From: Mobula hypostoma
Taxonomy: Eukaryota
Direction of reading: 5' to 3'
DNA: 64,000 nucleotides
Assembly (NCBI RefSeq): GCF_963921235.1
Contig: NC_086108.1
Span: 17,236,001 to 17,300,000 of the forward strand
Shown here: positions 13,835 to 25,301 of the stretch, in pieces
Layout: each line of letters opens with the position of its first letter
Position numbering within the stretch: the stretch's first letter is position 1
Notes under the pieces: model-generated
What the model was told of the DNA's origin: nothing
Databases searched by the model: none
The model's input: only the letters and a program-made list of their open reading frames with translations
Position numbers and translations under genes: made by a program

Positions 13835-13980
13835 TTCTGTATGGAGGGTAGATATGAATTGGCAAGAGTTGTTGGGGACATGCCAAATTTCTTTAGCCTC
13901 CTGAAGAAGCAAAGGTGTTGGTGAATTTTCTTAGCCACGTCATCAACTTGGTTGGACCAGGATAGGCTGTTGTTGAAGCT
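13835..13980 (-). mobile_element. Rex1/Babar RT C-terminal fragment
   Basis: LSWSNQVDDVAKKIHQHLCFFRRLKKFGMSPTTLANSY in ORF 13801..14046. Confidence 0.7.
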
Positions 13981-14114
13981 CTGTAAAGCCCTGTGAACCC
14001 CTGTGACTAAAGAGCTCCTCCCTGAATCAGTGTGGATTCTGTCCATCTAGAGGCAGAGTGGAGTGGATTCTATCTACAAAGCAACTCCAAGAGGGAACAG
14101 CTCCAGGCACATGG

Positions 14115-14460
14115 AGTCACATACATGGCCTTTATCAACCTCACTAAAGATTTTGTCTCCAGCAACAGGTTGTCAATTGAACACCCTCCTCGAAGTTAGC
14201 TGCCCTCAGAAATGTGGCCCATTTCATACTTATTTCATGCCATAGTCCTAAACAACAGTTCTACCACAGAGCCAATCTCAGAAAAGACCTGTGTTAGATA
14301 AGTCTGACACTTTTTCAATCTTTCTTGTTGCAGTGCTGCAACTCACCTCCACTGTATTTCTTCTTGAAGTAGAACTGATCTCCAGAACCGATAGGAACCT
14401 GCTCAATCTGAGGCGACCATACCTTAAAACTAAGAACACCCAAACCTCAATTCATCTAAT
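14115..14460 (+). mobile_element. RTE-clade LINE RT fragment
   Basis: YMAFINLTKDF, SCPQK and TFSIFLVAVLQLTS..EVELISRTDRNLLNLRR..KTK, matching RTE RT (YRTDGKLFNLRRL). Confidence 0.75.
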
Positions 14461-16010
14461 AATCTGTCCATTTCAATGTTGTTAAACTTAATGACATGGT
14501 GTCTTTAACAAAAGAATTACAAAGATTCACAGCCCTCTATGAGATGAACTTCCTTCTCAACTCAGTCTTAAGTGGGAGACCAATTATTCAAAGTCAATCT
14601 GCCCTCATTGTAGAGTTACCTAATAGGGAAGACATTTTCTCAGCATCTGTTCTGTCAAGTCTACTTAGAATCTTACATATTTCAATAATACATCTCTTGT
14701 TTACTCATTTTCTGGTGATTCTTGTGAAAGCCTGTATTTAGTGATGGTAAGGGGTGTTTTGATATCTGTGTTTGTATGGTTTTTATTATATTTATGGATG
14801 AATTGATGCCCCTTGATGTGAAGCCTGAAAGAACGCTTAGATGTGTTTGTGTGCTATGTGTGATCCATTATAGGTGGAGATGTATATGTGTAGGGGGAGT
14901 ATGTGTACATTTAAGGGTGTGTTTTGGATGTCTATCTGTGTGTCAGTGGGCGTTTTATGAATTTTGCAATTTTTATATTGTGTGTTTTAAGTGTGTCATA
15001 TTGGGAGAAGTACAAACAGGCAAAATTCAGGTCAGTTATGGAGGAGATCAGAAGGAATTATTCAGTAATTTTGGAAGTTCCTGTCATCAGGAATGAGAAT
15101 TATTCAAGTGCAATTACTTGTACAGTACTTGCACAATTATCCAGTGTTGTGCTGGTATCTGGTGATATTTGCCTGTTTGTTTGGACCACCCCGTTATCTC
15201 AGTAGGTGGTGGTGGTGCATTAGAGAGTCACATGACATAACCAGCACTTCATCTGCACTGAGCGAAGTTGTTGTAGTCAGATAGTGTGAGGATGTGACTT
15301 CTTGCTTGCGTTGTGTGAGTGTATTGGGTGTGGGGCCCCTAAATTGTCGATGTGGAGCAGAGTGGAAGGAACAAAAGTAGCTGTGTGACAGTAGTTAGTA
15401 ACACTTGCTGCCAGTTAAGCTGTGCTTTGGAGAAAGGATAATTAATATAGAGCAGAGTTTTCCAATGATTGAGTGAGCAACTGGATCAAAGCCAAGTATG
15501 TTTTCTTGGAATTATCTGCTTTGCTTTCAGAATTTCTCTCCTCTCCCCCCATTAGTTATTATGCATTCAACAAGACATTAACTGTTCTGGAATATAGCTG
15601 GTGCCACTCCAGCTACTTCTGATCCACAGTTGTGTGTGCTAGTGAACTGTTAAAGTCACCACAAACCCATGCTTTAGACTGACACCTACTCCTATATTTA
15701 CTCTAAAGGCTGGAGTCACAGGGTTAGGAGCAAGTGTTATGCATGGAAACAGGAATATCTAGATCCTGTGTATCATTTTAATTCAATTGCACACATGGTC
15801 TTCCTATCTTTTGTAGTCTCCTTATCGACTTTGCAAGTCTGTACGCTCCCCAGGACAACATAGATTCTGTTCTCGAAGCAAGTGCAAACCAGTATAACAT
15901 AGCTGCACACTTAGGCTGAAGCATTTAGTACATTTGTGAAATTGTTTCTGATTTTGAGTTCATTTACAAGTTATGAGAGACCTTTATGATCCATCTGTAA
16001 TTTCCTTGAA

Positions 16011-16732
16011 GGTATTAATGGTAAGACTCTTGGCAGTGTGGAGGATCAGAGGGATCTTGGGGTCCGAGTCCATAGGACACTCAAAGCTGCTGCGAATGTT
16101 GACTCTATGGTTAAGAAAGCATATGGTGCATTGGCCTTCATGAATCGTAAGATTGAGTTTAGGAGCCAAGAGGTAATGTTGCAGCTATATAGGTCCCTGG
16201 TCAGACCCCACTTGGAGTACTGTGCTCAGTTCTGGTCGTCTCGCTATAGGAAGGATGTGGAAACCATAGAAAGGGTTCAGAGGAGATTTACAAGGATGTT
16301 GCCTGGATTGGGGAGCATGCCTTATGAGAATAGCTTGAGTGAACTCGGCCTTTTTTCCTTGGAGCGACGGAGGATGAGAGGTGACCTGACAGAGGTGTAC
16401 AAGATAATGAGCGGCACTGATCCTATGGATAGGCTTTCTCCCAGGGCTGAAATGGCTAGCACGTTTTAAGGTGCTTAGAAGTAGGTACGGAGGAGATGTC
16501 AAGGGTAAGTTTTTCAAGCAGAGAGTGGTGAGTGTGTGGAATGGGCTGCCGGTAGCGGTGGTGGAGGCGGAAACAATAGGGTCTTTTAAGAGACTCCTGG
16601 ATGGATACATGGAGCTCAGAAAAATAGAGGGCTATGGGTAACCCTAGGTAGTTCTAAGGTAAGGACATGTTCGGCACAGTATTGTGCGCTGAAGGGCCTG
16701 TATTGTGCTGTAGGTTTTCTATGTTTCTATGT
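16011..16732 (+). mobile_element. CR1 LINE 3' end, (TTTCTATG)n-tail subfamily
   Basis: ORF 16038 EDQRDLGVRVH..LVRPHLEYCAQFWS..RRRMRGDL; tail ttttctatgtttctatg. Confidence 0.95.
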
Positions 16733-16904
16733 ATAGTGAACTAACATGATAGTCCTGGTAAAGGTATGGCAGTACTCTTCAAAGAAGAGTTGGTTGGGTC
16801 CCCTTATTCATCGGCCATTTGACACATGAGATGGCAGAGATTGGAATCTTCAGCAACAAACAATCTGCTAGAAGAACTCAGCAGGCTGAGCAGCATCTGT
16901 AGAG

Positions 16905-17470
16905 GAAGTAAGCTGGAATTGGTTTATTATTGTCACATGAACAGAGTTCAATGCCTGCCATGCAAATTGATTTTACAGATCAAATTATTGATGGGAGAAG
17001 GGTTGAGAGAAGTTGTTCGGGGTGGGTGGGGCCTTTGATTTTACTGGCTGCTTTACTGAAGCAGCGAGAAACCTGGACAGAGTTCGTAGAGTGGAGGCTG
17101 GCTCCTATGATTTGCTGAGCTGTGACCACACCAACTTGGGTGTGTTCAAGATAGCAAACTGTGCAAATATGAAAGTAAATAATAATAATCAAATAAAGAA
17201 TAAATATTAAGAACATGAGATAAAGAGTCCTTGAGAGTGAGTCCATAGGTTGTGAGAATAATTCAGTGACGGCGCAGGTGAAGCTGAATCAACTTATCCT
17301 CTTTGGTTCAAGAGCCTGATGTTTGAAGGACAATAACTGTTCCTGATCCTGGTGGTGTAGGTTGTAAGGCTCCTGTTTCTTCTTCCTGATGGCAGCAATG
17401 AGAAGAGAGCATGCCCTAGGTAGTGGGGGCCTCTGATGATGAGTGCTGCTTTCTTGTGACAGTGTTTCAT
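16905..17470 (-). mobile_element. Rex1/Babar 3' fragments; a short PLE-tail piece precedes them at about 16822-16905
   Basis: KAASKIKGPTHP..LLP motif; 3' UTR similar to the reverse complement of 6040-6120. Confidence 0.6.
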
Positions 17471-18234
17471 GTAAAAAAGGATGGCAAGCCTTTGGAATGA
17501 ACTGCCAGAAATAGTGGTTCAGGTGGACATATTAGCAAATTTTAAAAACCATCTTGATAAGTACGTGGATAGGAGAGGTTTAGAGGACCATAGATCAAAC
17601 ATTGACGATGGAACACAATTGACATGGACAAGTTGGGCCAAAGGACCTGTGTCTGTACTGTTTGGCTGTATGACTGTAGAGTGATTTAAACCACTGAAGG
17701 TTGGTTTCTGAGATTGGGGGTGGGGGCTCGCATTTAGGTAGCGCCTTTTGACCACTTCTGGTTGAAGTGGTTATGTCCTTCTCCTTTGCACTATCATCCT
17801 GGATTTGCTGGGGATAAGGATGGGTGAGCTCATGGAACCTTGTCCATTGCTATTCATGACTGGACGTGGCAGGTCTATGCAGAGCTTTGATCTGGTACGT
17901 TGGCGGCGGGATCACTGAGGTGTTGAATGCACATTGCTGTCACTGTTTGACATACGTGCAGCTTGTTTGGTTGATGCCTCACCTGAAGTCATCTGGTGCT
18001 GTTCCTGTGTTGCCCTACACTCCCCGTTCAATCATTATTGGTCCCCTGGCTTGCTGGTGATGGTAGTTTGAGGTCTATACCAGTCTGTCGTATTAAGTAA
18101 GGCAAAGTGTTTCTGCTTTGGATTCACAGCATACCATTTCTGGCCCATTTGATTTGCATGGTTTGCTCTGAATTTATTCCATTTGGAGCAGTGTTACACA
18201 ACAGAATGGAGGGAAGCCTTGTATGTTGGTGATA

Positions 18235-18550
18235 GTTATGGAGAGATACAGCATGAAAACAGGCTCTTCACCCTTCGAGTCTACACTGACCATCAACCAG
18301 TTGCTACACCAGGTGTTCCCAGCCTTTTTTATGCTGTGGACCCCAGTTGGGAGCTCCTGCGTTACACTAATCCTACATCCCCCCATTCTCATTAAATTTT
18401 CTTGCTTTCTACCACTTTTCCACACACTGGAGACAAGTTACAACCTGCATGTCTTTGGAATGTGGGAGCAAAGTGGAGCATCCAAAGGAAACGCACGCAA
18501 TCACAGTCAAATGCAAACTCCGCACAGAAAGCACCGGAGGTCAGAATCTC
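18235..18550 (-). mobile_element. V-SINE (HE1-like) containing a micro-MITE
   Basis: gtctttggaatgtgggag..gagcatcc..gaaac core and gagatacagcatg tail, shared with 57335-57580. Confidence 0.6.
18310..18359. mobile_element. hAT-like micro-MITE (50 bp)
   Basis: caggtgttccca...tgggagctcctg, flanked by tgctacac / cgttacac (6/8 TSD). Confidence 0.6.
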
Positions 18551-19147
18551 TAGCATTGTGAGTCAGTGGTTGTTCCTGCAAAATAGTCCAAGACTTTAAA
18601 GTTGAACTAGATAATTCACAAAAAGGACAGTGGAAATCTGGGAGTTTCTCTTCCAAAACATTATTGAGGATGGTGGGAAGGGGTACCAGAGTACAACTGA
18701 AACTTTCCAGTGAGATTGCTAGATTTTTGTAAAGGTATTAAAGGTTACGAAAATAAGGCAGGTAAGTAGGGTTAAGATACAGGCCAATCATGATCTCACT
18801 GCATGTGGAAGAGATTGAAAGGGCTGAATGGCCTCCTGCTGTTCCAGCTTCACATTGGTTGGTCGTGTCCATTAACGTGATCTGCTGTGTTCACATTAAC
18901 ATAACACACTCCATTTTACTTATTCCTCCAATGGCGTGCCCATTTGGTGGTGTGCATCACATTAACCTCTAATCCCTGGGGTGGGTTAACAACCACACTG
19001 CAGTTGAGAAGGATGATAATGAGGCCCATGTGAAACCCCTGGTTCAGCAAGTAACAAAGTGAAAACCAAAACCTCCTGGTTAGGAAAACATGGGGGTTGG
19101 TGGGACAGCTGCAGGTATTTCCAGACAGAGTCATGGTGGGAAATGGC

Positions 19148-19208
19148 TTATTTATTTATTTTGAGATAGAGCGCGGAACAAGCTGTGCCATTCAGCAGCC
19201 CATCGATT
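19148..19208 (-). mobile_element. V-SINE 3' portion; remainder at 27026-27240
   Basis: tttatttattttgagatagagc.. matches the SINE tail at 57337. Joining 19208 to 27026 reconstitutes the sequence seen uninterrupted at 43970-44080 (reverse complement). Confidence 0.65.
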
Positions 19209-20328
19209 CATAGAACAGTGCAGCGCAGTACAGGCCCTTCGGCCCACAATGTTCTGCCGACCCTCAAACCCTGCCTCCCATATAACCCCCCACCTTAAAT
19301 TCCTCCATATACCTGTCTAGTAGTCTCTTAAACTTCACTAGTGTATCTGCCTCCACCGCTGACTCAGGCAGTGCATTCCATGCAGCAACCACTCTCTGAG
19401 TGAAAAAACCTTCTTCTAATGTCCCCCTTGAACTTCCCACCCCTTACCTTAAAGCCATGTCCTCTTGTATTGAGCAGTGGTGCCCTGGGATAGAGGCGCT
19501 GGCTGTCCACTCTATCTATTCCTCTTAATATCTTGTCTATCCTCTATCCTCCTCTCATCCTCCCTCTCTCCAGAGAGTAAAGCCCTAGCTCCCTTAATCT
19601 CTGATCATAATGCATACTCTCTAAACCAGGCAGCATCCTGGTAAATCTCCTCTGTACCCTTTCCAATGCTTCCACATCGCTCCTGTAGTGAGGCGACCAG
19701 AACTGGACACAGTACTTTAAGTGTGGCCTAACCAGAGTTTTATAGAGCTGAATCATTACCTCGCGACTCTTAAACTCTGTCCCTCGACTTATGAAAGCTA
19801 ACACTCCATAAACTTTCTCATCTACCCCATCTCTGCTCCTTCACACTTGCAACTATCCTGCCATTTACTTTGTCCTCTACCTTGGAATTCGTCCTTCCAA
19901 AATGTACCACCTCACACTTCTCCGGGTTGAACTCCATCTGCCACTTCTCGGCCCACTTCTGCATGTTATCAATGTCTCACTGCAACCTGTGATAATCCTT
20001 TACACTATCCACAACACCACCAACTTTTGTGTCATCTGCAAACTTGCCAACCCACCCTTTTACTCCCACATCCAGGTCATTAATAAAAATCACGAGAAGT
20101 AGAGGTCCCAGAACTGATCCTTGTGGGACACCACTAGTCACAACCCTCCAATCTAAATGTACTCCCTCCACCACGACCCTCTGCTTTCCACAGGCAAGCC
20201 AACTCTGAATCCACCTTGCCAAACTTCCCTGGATCCCATGACTTTCTGAATAAGCCTTCCGTGTGAAACCTTGTCAAATGCCTTACTAAAATCCATGTAG
20301 ATCACATCCACTGCACTACCCTCATCTA

Positions 20329-20880
20329 ATACTCACAATATGCTGGAGGAACTCAGTAGGTCAGGCAGCATCCGTGGAAAAGATCGGTCGATGTTTTGGG
20401 CCGGAACCCTTCATCAGGACTGTAGAGGGAAGGGGCAGAGGCCCTATAAGAGGGTGGGGGGAGGGTGGGAAGGAGAAGGCTGGTAGGTTCCAGGTGAAAA
20501 ACCAGTAAGGGGAAGGATAAAGGGGTGGGGGAGGGGAGGCAGGGAGGTGATAATTCCCTCCCCCTCCCTTCCCCTATCCCTATTTCACTCTGCCTCCTTC
20601 CCCAGCTGCCTATCACCTCCCTCATGGTTCCGCCTCCTTCTACTACCCATTGTGTTTTCCCCTATTCTTTCTTCACCTTTCCTGCCTATCACCTTCTCCT
20701 TCCCACCATCCTCCCACCTTCTTTATAGGGCCTCTGCCCTTTCCCTCTACAGTCCTGACGAAGGGTTCCAGCCCGAAATGTCGACCGATCTTTTCCACGG
20801 ATGCTGCCTGACCTGCTGAGTTCCTCCAGCGTGTTGTGTGTGTTGCTTTGACCCCAGCATCTGCAGATTATTTTATGTTT
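20329..20880. mobile_element. PLE-derived insertion made of two head-to-head inverted terminal-repeat copies
   Basis: 20333-20480 is the reverse complement of about 20690-20840; TSD actaccctcatcta (20315-20328) / actacccccatcta (20881-20894); resembles the 3' end of the PLE at 50860-51050. Confidence 0.9.
20752..20785 (+). ncRNA. Minimal type I hammerhead ribozyme motif; a mutated antisense twin lies at 20387-20420
   Basis: gtc-CTGACGA-agggttccagccc-GAAA-tg-TC-gac: catalytic core, ggg/ccc helix II and gtc/gac helix I. Confidence 0.7.
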
Positions 20881-21361
20881 ACTACCCCCATCTATATGCC
20901 TGGTCACCTCCTCAAAGAACTCCATCCAGCTTGTTAGACAGGACCTGTCCTTCACAAAGCCATGCTGACTGTCCCTGATCAGACCATGATTCTCTAAATG
21001 CCCATAGATCCTATCTCTAAGAATCTTTTCCAACAGCTTTCCCACCACAGACGTAAGACTCACTGGTCTATAATTACCCAGACTATTCCTACTACCTTTT
21101 TTGAACAAGCAGACAACAATTCGCCTCCCTCCAATCCTCCGGTACCATTCTCATGGACAACGAGGACATGAAGATCCTAGCCAGAGGCTCAGCAATCTCT
21201 TCCCTCGCCTCGTGGAGCAGCCTGGGGAATATTCCGTTAGTCCCCGGGGACTTATCTGTCCTAATAGAAACATAGAAACATAGAAAATAGGTGCAGGAGT
21301 AGGCCATTCGGCCCTTCGAGCCTGCACCGCCATTTATTATGACCATGGCTGATCATCCAAC

Positions 21362-24300
21362 TCAGAACCCAGCCTTCCCTCCATACCCCCTGACCCCTGT
21401 AGCCACAAGGGCCATATCTAACTCCCTCTTAAACATAGCCAATGAACTGGCCTCAACAGTTTGCTGTGGCAGAGAATTCCACAGATTCACCACCCTCTGT
21501 GTGAAGAAGTTTTTCCTAATCTCGGTCCTAAAAGGCTTCCCCTCTATCCTCAAACTGTGACCCCTCGTTCTGGACCTCCCCAACATCGGGAACAATCTTC
21601 CCGCATCTAGCCTGTCCAATCCCTTTAGGATCTTATACGTTTCAATCAGATCCCCCCTCAATCTTCTAAATTCCAACGAGTACAAGCCCAGTTCATCCAG
21701 TCTTTCTTCATATGAAAGACCTGCCATCCCAGGAATCAATCTGGTGAACCTTCTTTGTACTCCCTCTATGGCAAAGATGTCTTTCCTCAGATTAGGGGAC
21801 CAAAACTGCACACAATACTCCAGGTGTGGTCTCACCAAGGCCTTGTACAACTGCAGTAGTACCTCCCTGCTCCTGTACTCGAATCCTCTCGCTATAAATG
21901 CCAGCATACCGTTCGCCTTTTTCACCGCCTGCTGTACCTGCATGCCCACTTTCAATGACTGGTGTATAATGACACCCAGGTCCCGTTGCACCTCCCCTTT
22001 TCCTAATCGGCCACCATTCAGATAATAATCTGTTTTCCTATTTTTGCCACCAAAGTGGATAACTTCACATTTATCCACATTAAATTGCATCTGCCATGAG
22101 TTTGCCCACTCACCCAACCTATCCAAGTCACCCTGCATCCTCTTAGCATCCTCCTCACTGCTAACACTGCCACCCAGCTTCGTGTCATCCGCAAACTTGG
22201 AGATGCTGCATTTAATTCCCTCATCCAAGTCATTAATATATATTGTAAACAACTGGGGTCCCAGCACTGAGCCTTGCGGTACCCCACTAGTCACCACCTG
22301 CCATTCTGAAAAGGTCCCGTTTATTCCCACTCTTTGCTTCCTGTCTGCTAACCAATTCTCCACCCACACCAATACCCTACCCCCAATACCGTGTGCTTTA
22401 AGTTTGCACACTAATCTCCTGTGTGGGACCTTGTCAAAAGCCTTTTGAAAATCCAAATATACCACATCCACTGGTTCTCCCCTATCCACTCTACTAGTTA
22501 CATCCTCAAAAAATTCTATGAGATTCGTCAGACATGATTTTCCTTTCACAAATCCATGCTGACTTTGTCCGATCATTTCACCGCTTTCCAAATGTTCTGT
22601 TATCACATCCTTGATAACTGACTCCAGCAGTTTCCCCACCACTGACGTTAGGCTAACCGGCCTATAATTCCCCGGTTTCTCTCTCCCTCCTTTTTTAAAA
22701 AGTGGGGTTACATTAGCCACCCTCCAATCCTCAGGAACTAGTCCAGAATCTAACGAGTTTTGAAAAATTATCACTAATGTATCCACTATTTCTTGGGCTA
22801 CTTCCTTAAGCACTCTGGGATGCAGACCATCTGGCCCTGGGGATTTATCTGCCTTCAATCCCTTCAATTTACCTAACACCACTTCCCTACTAACATGTAT
22901 TTCACTCAGTTCCTCCATCTCACTGGACCCTCTGTCCCTTACTATTTCTGGAAGATTATTTATGTCCTCCTTAGTGAAGACAGAACCAAAGAAATTATTC
23001 AATTGGTCTGCCATGTCCTTGCTCCCCATAATCAATTCACCTGTTTCTGTCTGCAGGGGACCTACATTTGTCTTTATCAGTCTTTTCCTTTTTACATATC
23101 TATAAAAGCTTTTACAGTCCGTTTTTATGTTCTCTGCCAGTTTTCTCTCATAATCTTTTTTCCCCTTCCTAATTAAGCCCTTTGTCCTCCTCTGCTGAAC
23201 TCTGAATTTCTCCCAGTCCTCAGGTGAGCCACTTTCTCTGGCTAATTTGTATGCTACTTCTTTGGAATTGATACTATCCCTAATTTCTCTTGTCAGCCAC
23301 GGGCCACTATCTTCCTTGATTTATTCTTTTGCCAAACTGGGATGAACAATTGTTGTAGTTCATCCATGCAACCTTTAAATGCTAGCCGTTGCATATCCAC
23401 CGTCAATCCTTTAAGTGTCATTTGCCAGTCTATCTTAGCTAATTCACGACTCATACCTTCAAAGTTACCCCTCTTTAAGTTCAGAACCTTTGTTTCTGAA
23501 TTAACTATGTCACTCTCCATGTTAATGAAGAATTCCACCATATTATGGTCACTCTTACCCAAGGGGCCTCTCACGACAAGATCGCTAATTAACCCTTCCT
23601 CATTGCTCAAAACCCAGTCCAGAATAGCCTGCTCTCTAGTTGGTTCCTCGACATGTTGGTTCAAAAAACCATCCCGCATACATTCCAAAAAATCCTCTTC
23701 CTCAGCACCTTTACCAATTTGGTTCACCCAGTCTACATGTAGATTGAAGTCACCCATTATAACTGCTGTTCCTTTATTGCACACATTTCTAATTTCCTGT
23801 TTAATACCATCTCCGACCTCACTACTACTGTTAGGTGGCCTGTACACAACTCCCACCAGCGTCTTCTGCCCCTTAGTGTTATGCAGCTCTACCCATATCG
23901 ATTCCACATCTTCCCGGCTTATGTCCTTCCTTTCTATTGCGTTAATCTCTTTTTTAACCAGCAACGCCACCCCACCTCCCCTTCCTTCATGTCTATCCCT
24001 CCTGAATATTGAATATCCCTGAACGTTGAGCTCCCATCCCTGGTCACCCTAGAGCCATGTCTCTGTGATCCCAACTATATCATAATCATTAATAACAATC
24101 TGCACTTTCAATTCATCCACCTTATTACGAATGCTCCTTGCATTGACACATAAAGCCTTCAGGCGCTCTTTTACAACTCTCTTTGCCCTTTTTAATGCTT
24201 GCCCTGGATTTGTCGGCCTGCCACTTTTACTTTTCTCCTTTGTACTTTTTGCTTCTACGCTCACTTTACACCCCTCTGTCTCTCTGCACTGATTCCCATC

Positions 24301-24375
24301 CCCCTGTTGTGAACTAACCTCCTCACGCCTAGCCTCTTTAATTTGATTCCCACCCCCCAACCATTCTAGTTTAAA
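21362..24375 (-). pseudogene. CR1-A ORF2 (APE endonuclease plus RT), one nonsense codon and one 1-nt deletion
   Basis: NARS, ITETWL, YRPP, MGDFN and SDH, then [18 protein letters not shown] and FADD. Stop at 24049-24051 is in frame with ORF 23293..23970; frameshift near 23303; then open 23302-21362. Confidence 0.95.
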
Positions 24376-25301
24376 GTCACCTCAGTAGCCCCCGCTAATC
24401 TCCCTGCCAGGATATTGGTGCCCCTAGGATTCAAGTGTAACCCGTCCTTTTTGTACAGGTCACGCCTGCACCAATAGAGGTCCCAATGATCCAAAAACTT
24501 GAATCCCTGCCCCCTGCTCCAATCCCTCAGCCACGCATTTATCCTCCACCTCATCGCATTCCTACTCTCACTGTCGCGTGGCACAGGCAGTAATCCCGAG
24601 ATTACTACCTTTGCGGTCCTTTTTCTCAACTCCCTTCCTAGCTCCCTATATTCTTCTTTCAGGACCTCATCCCTTTTCCTACCTATGTCATTGGTACCTA
24701 TATGTACCACGACCTCTGGCTCCTCACCCTCCCACTTCAGGATATCTTGGACACGATCAGAAATATCCCGGACCCTGGCACCAGGGAGGTAAACTACCAT
24801 CCGGGTCTCTGGACTGCGTCCACAGAATCGCCTATCTGACCCCCTTACTATCGAGTCCCCTATCACAACTGCCCTCCTCTTCCTTGCCCTACCCTTCTGA
24901 GCTACAGGGCCAGACTCTGTGCCGGAGGCAGGGCCACTGTCGCTTCCCCCGGGTAAGCTGTCCCCTCCAACAGTACTCAAACAGGAGTACCTGTTGTTAA
25001 GGGGCACAGCCACCAGGGTACTCCCCATCACCTGCCTTTTCCCCTTCCCCCTCCTAACCGTGACCCACTTGTCTGCCTCCCGTGGCCCCGGCGTGACCAC
25101 CTGCCTTCCACTCCTCTCTATCACCTCCTCGCTCTCCCTGACCAGACGAAGGTCATCGAGCTGCAGCTCCAGTTCCGTAACGCGGTCCCTTAGGAGCTGC
25201 ATCTCGATGCACTTGGCGCAGATGTAGACGTCCGGGAGGCTTGGAGACTCCAGGGCCTCCCACATCCGACACTGAGAACAGCAAACTGCCCTCACAGTCA
25301 T
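24366..25301 (-). CDS. CR1 ORF1 protein (311 aa): Cys zinc finger, coiled coil, SGNH/GDSL esterase
   Basis: From ATG at 25301: MTVRAVCCSQC..CAKC, heptad LRDRVTELELQLDDL, then VIGDSIVRG, LPGA, HIGTNDI, DGLHLN; open to TAG at 24366-24368. Confidence 0.92.
   Translation of the reverse strand: MTVRAVCCSQCRMWEALESPSLPDVYICAKCIEMQLLRDRVTELELQLDDLRLVRESEEVIERSGRQVVTPGPREADKWVTVRRGKGKRQVMGSTLVAVPLNNRYSCLSTVGGDSLPGGSDSGPASGTESGPVAQKGRARKRRAVVIGDSIVRGSDRRFCGRSPETRMVVYLPGARVRDISDRVQDILKWEGEEPEVVVHIGTNDIGRKRDEVLKEEYRELGRELRKRTAKVVISGLLPVPRDSESRNAMRWRINAWLRDWSRGQGFKFLDHWDLYWCRRDLYKKDGLHLNPRGTNILAGRLAGATEVTLN

Larger units (their letters stand above)
21266..25301 (-). mobile_element. CR1 element A, young and near full length (lacks 5' UTR)
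   Basis: Intact ORF1, ORF2 with only two visible lesions, 3' UTR and (TTTCTATG)n tail at 21266-21285; interrupts CR1-B within ...KYI/RTDKSPG. Confidence 0.97.

Noticed and set aside
19029..19045. tgtgaaacccctggtt resembling the solo-LTR terminus
   Set aside because: No further similarity to 48512-49133 is visible; likely coincidence.
21744..25227. Plus-strand ORFs of 93-226 aa (e.g. 23342..24022) as genes
   Set aside because: Antisense shadows of the CR1-A reading frames; the same pattern recurs opposite every young CR1.
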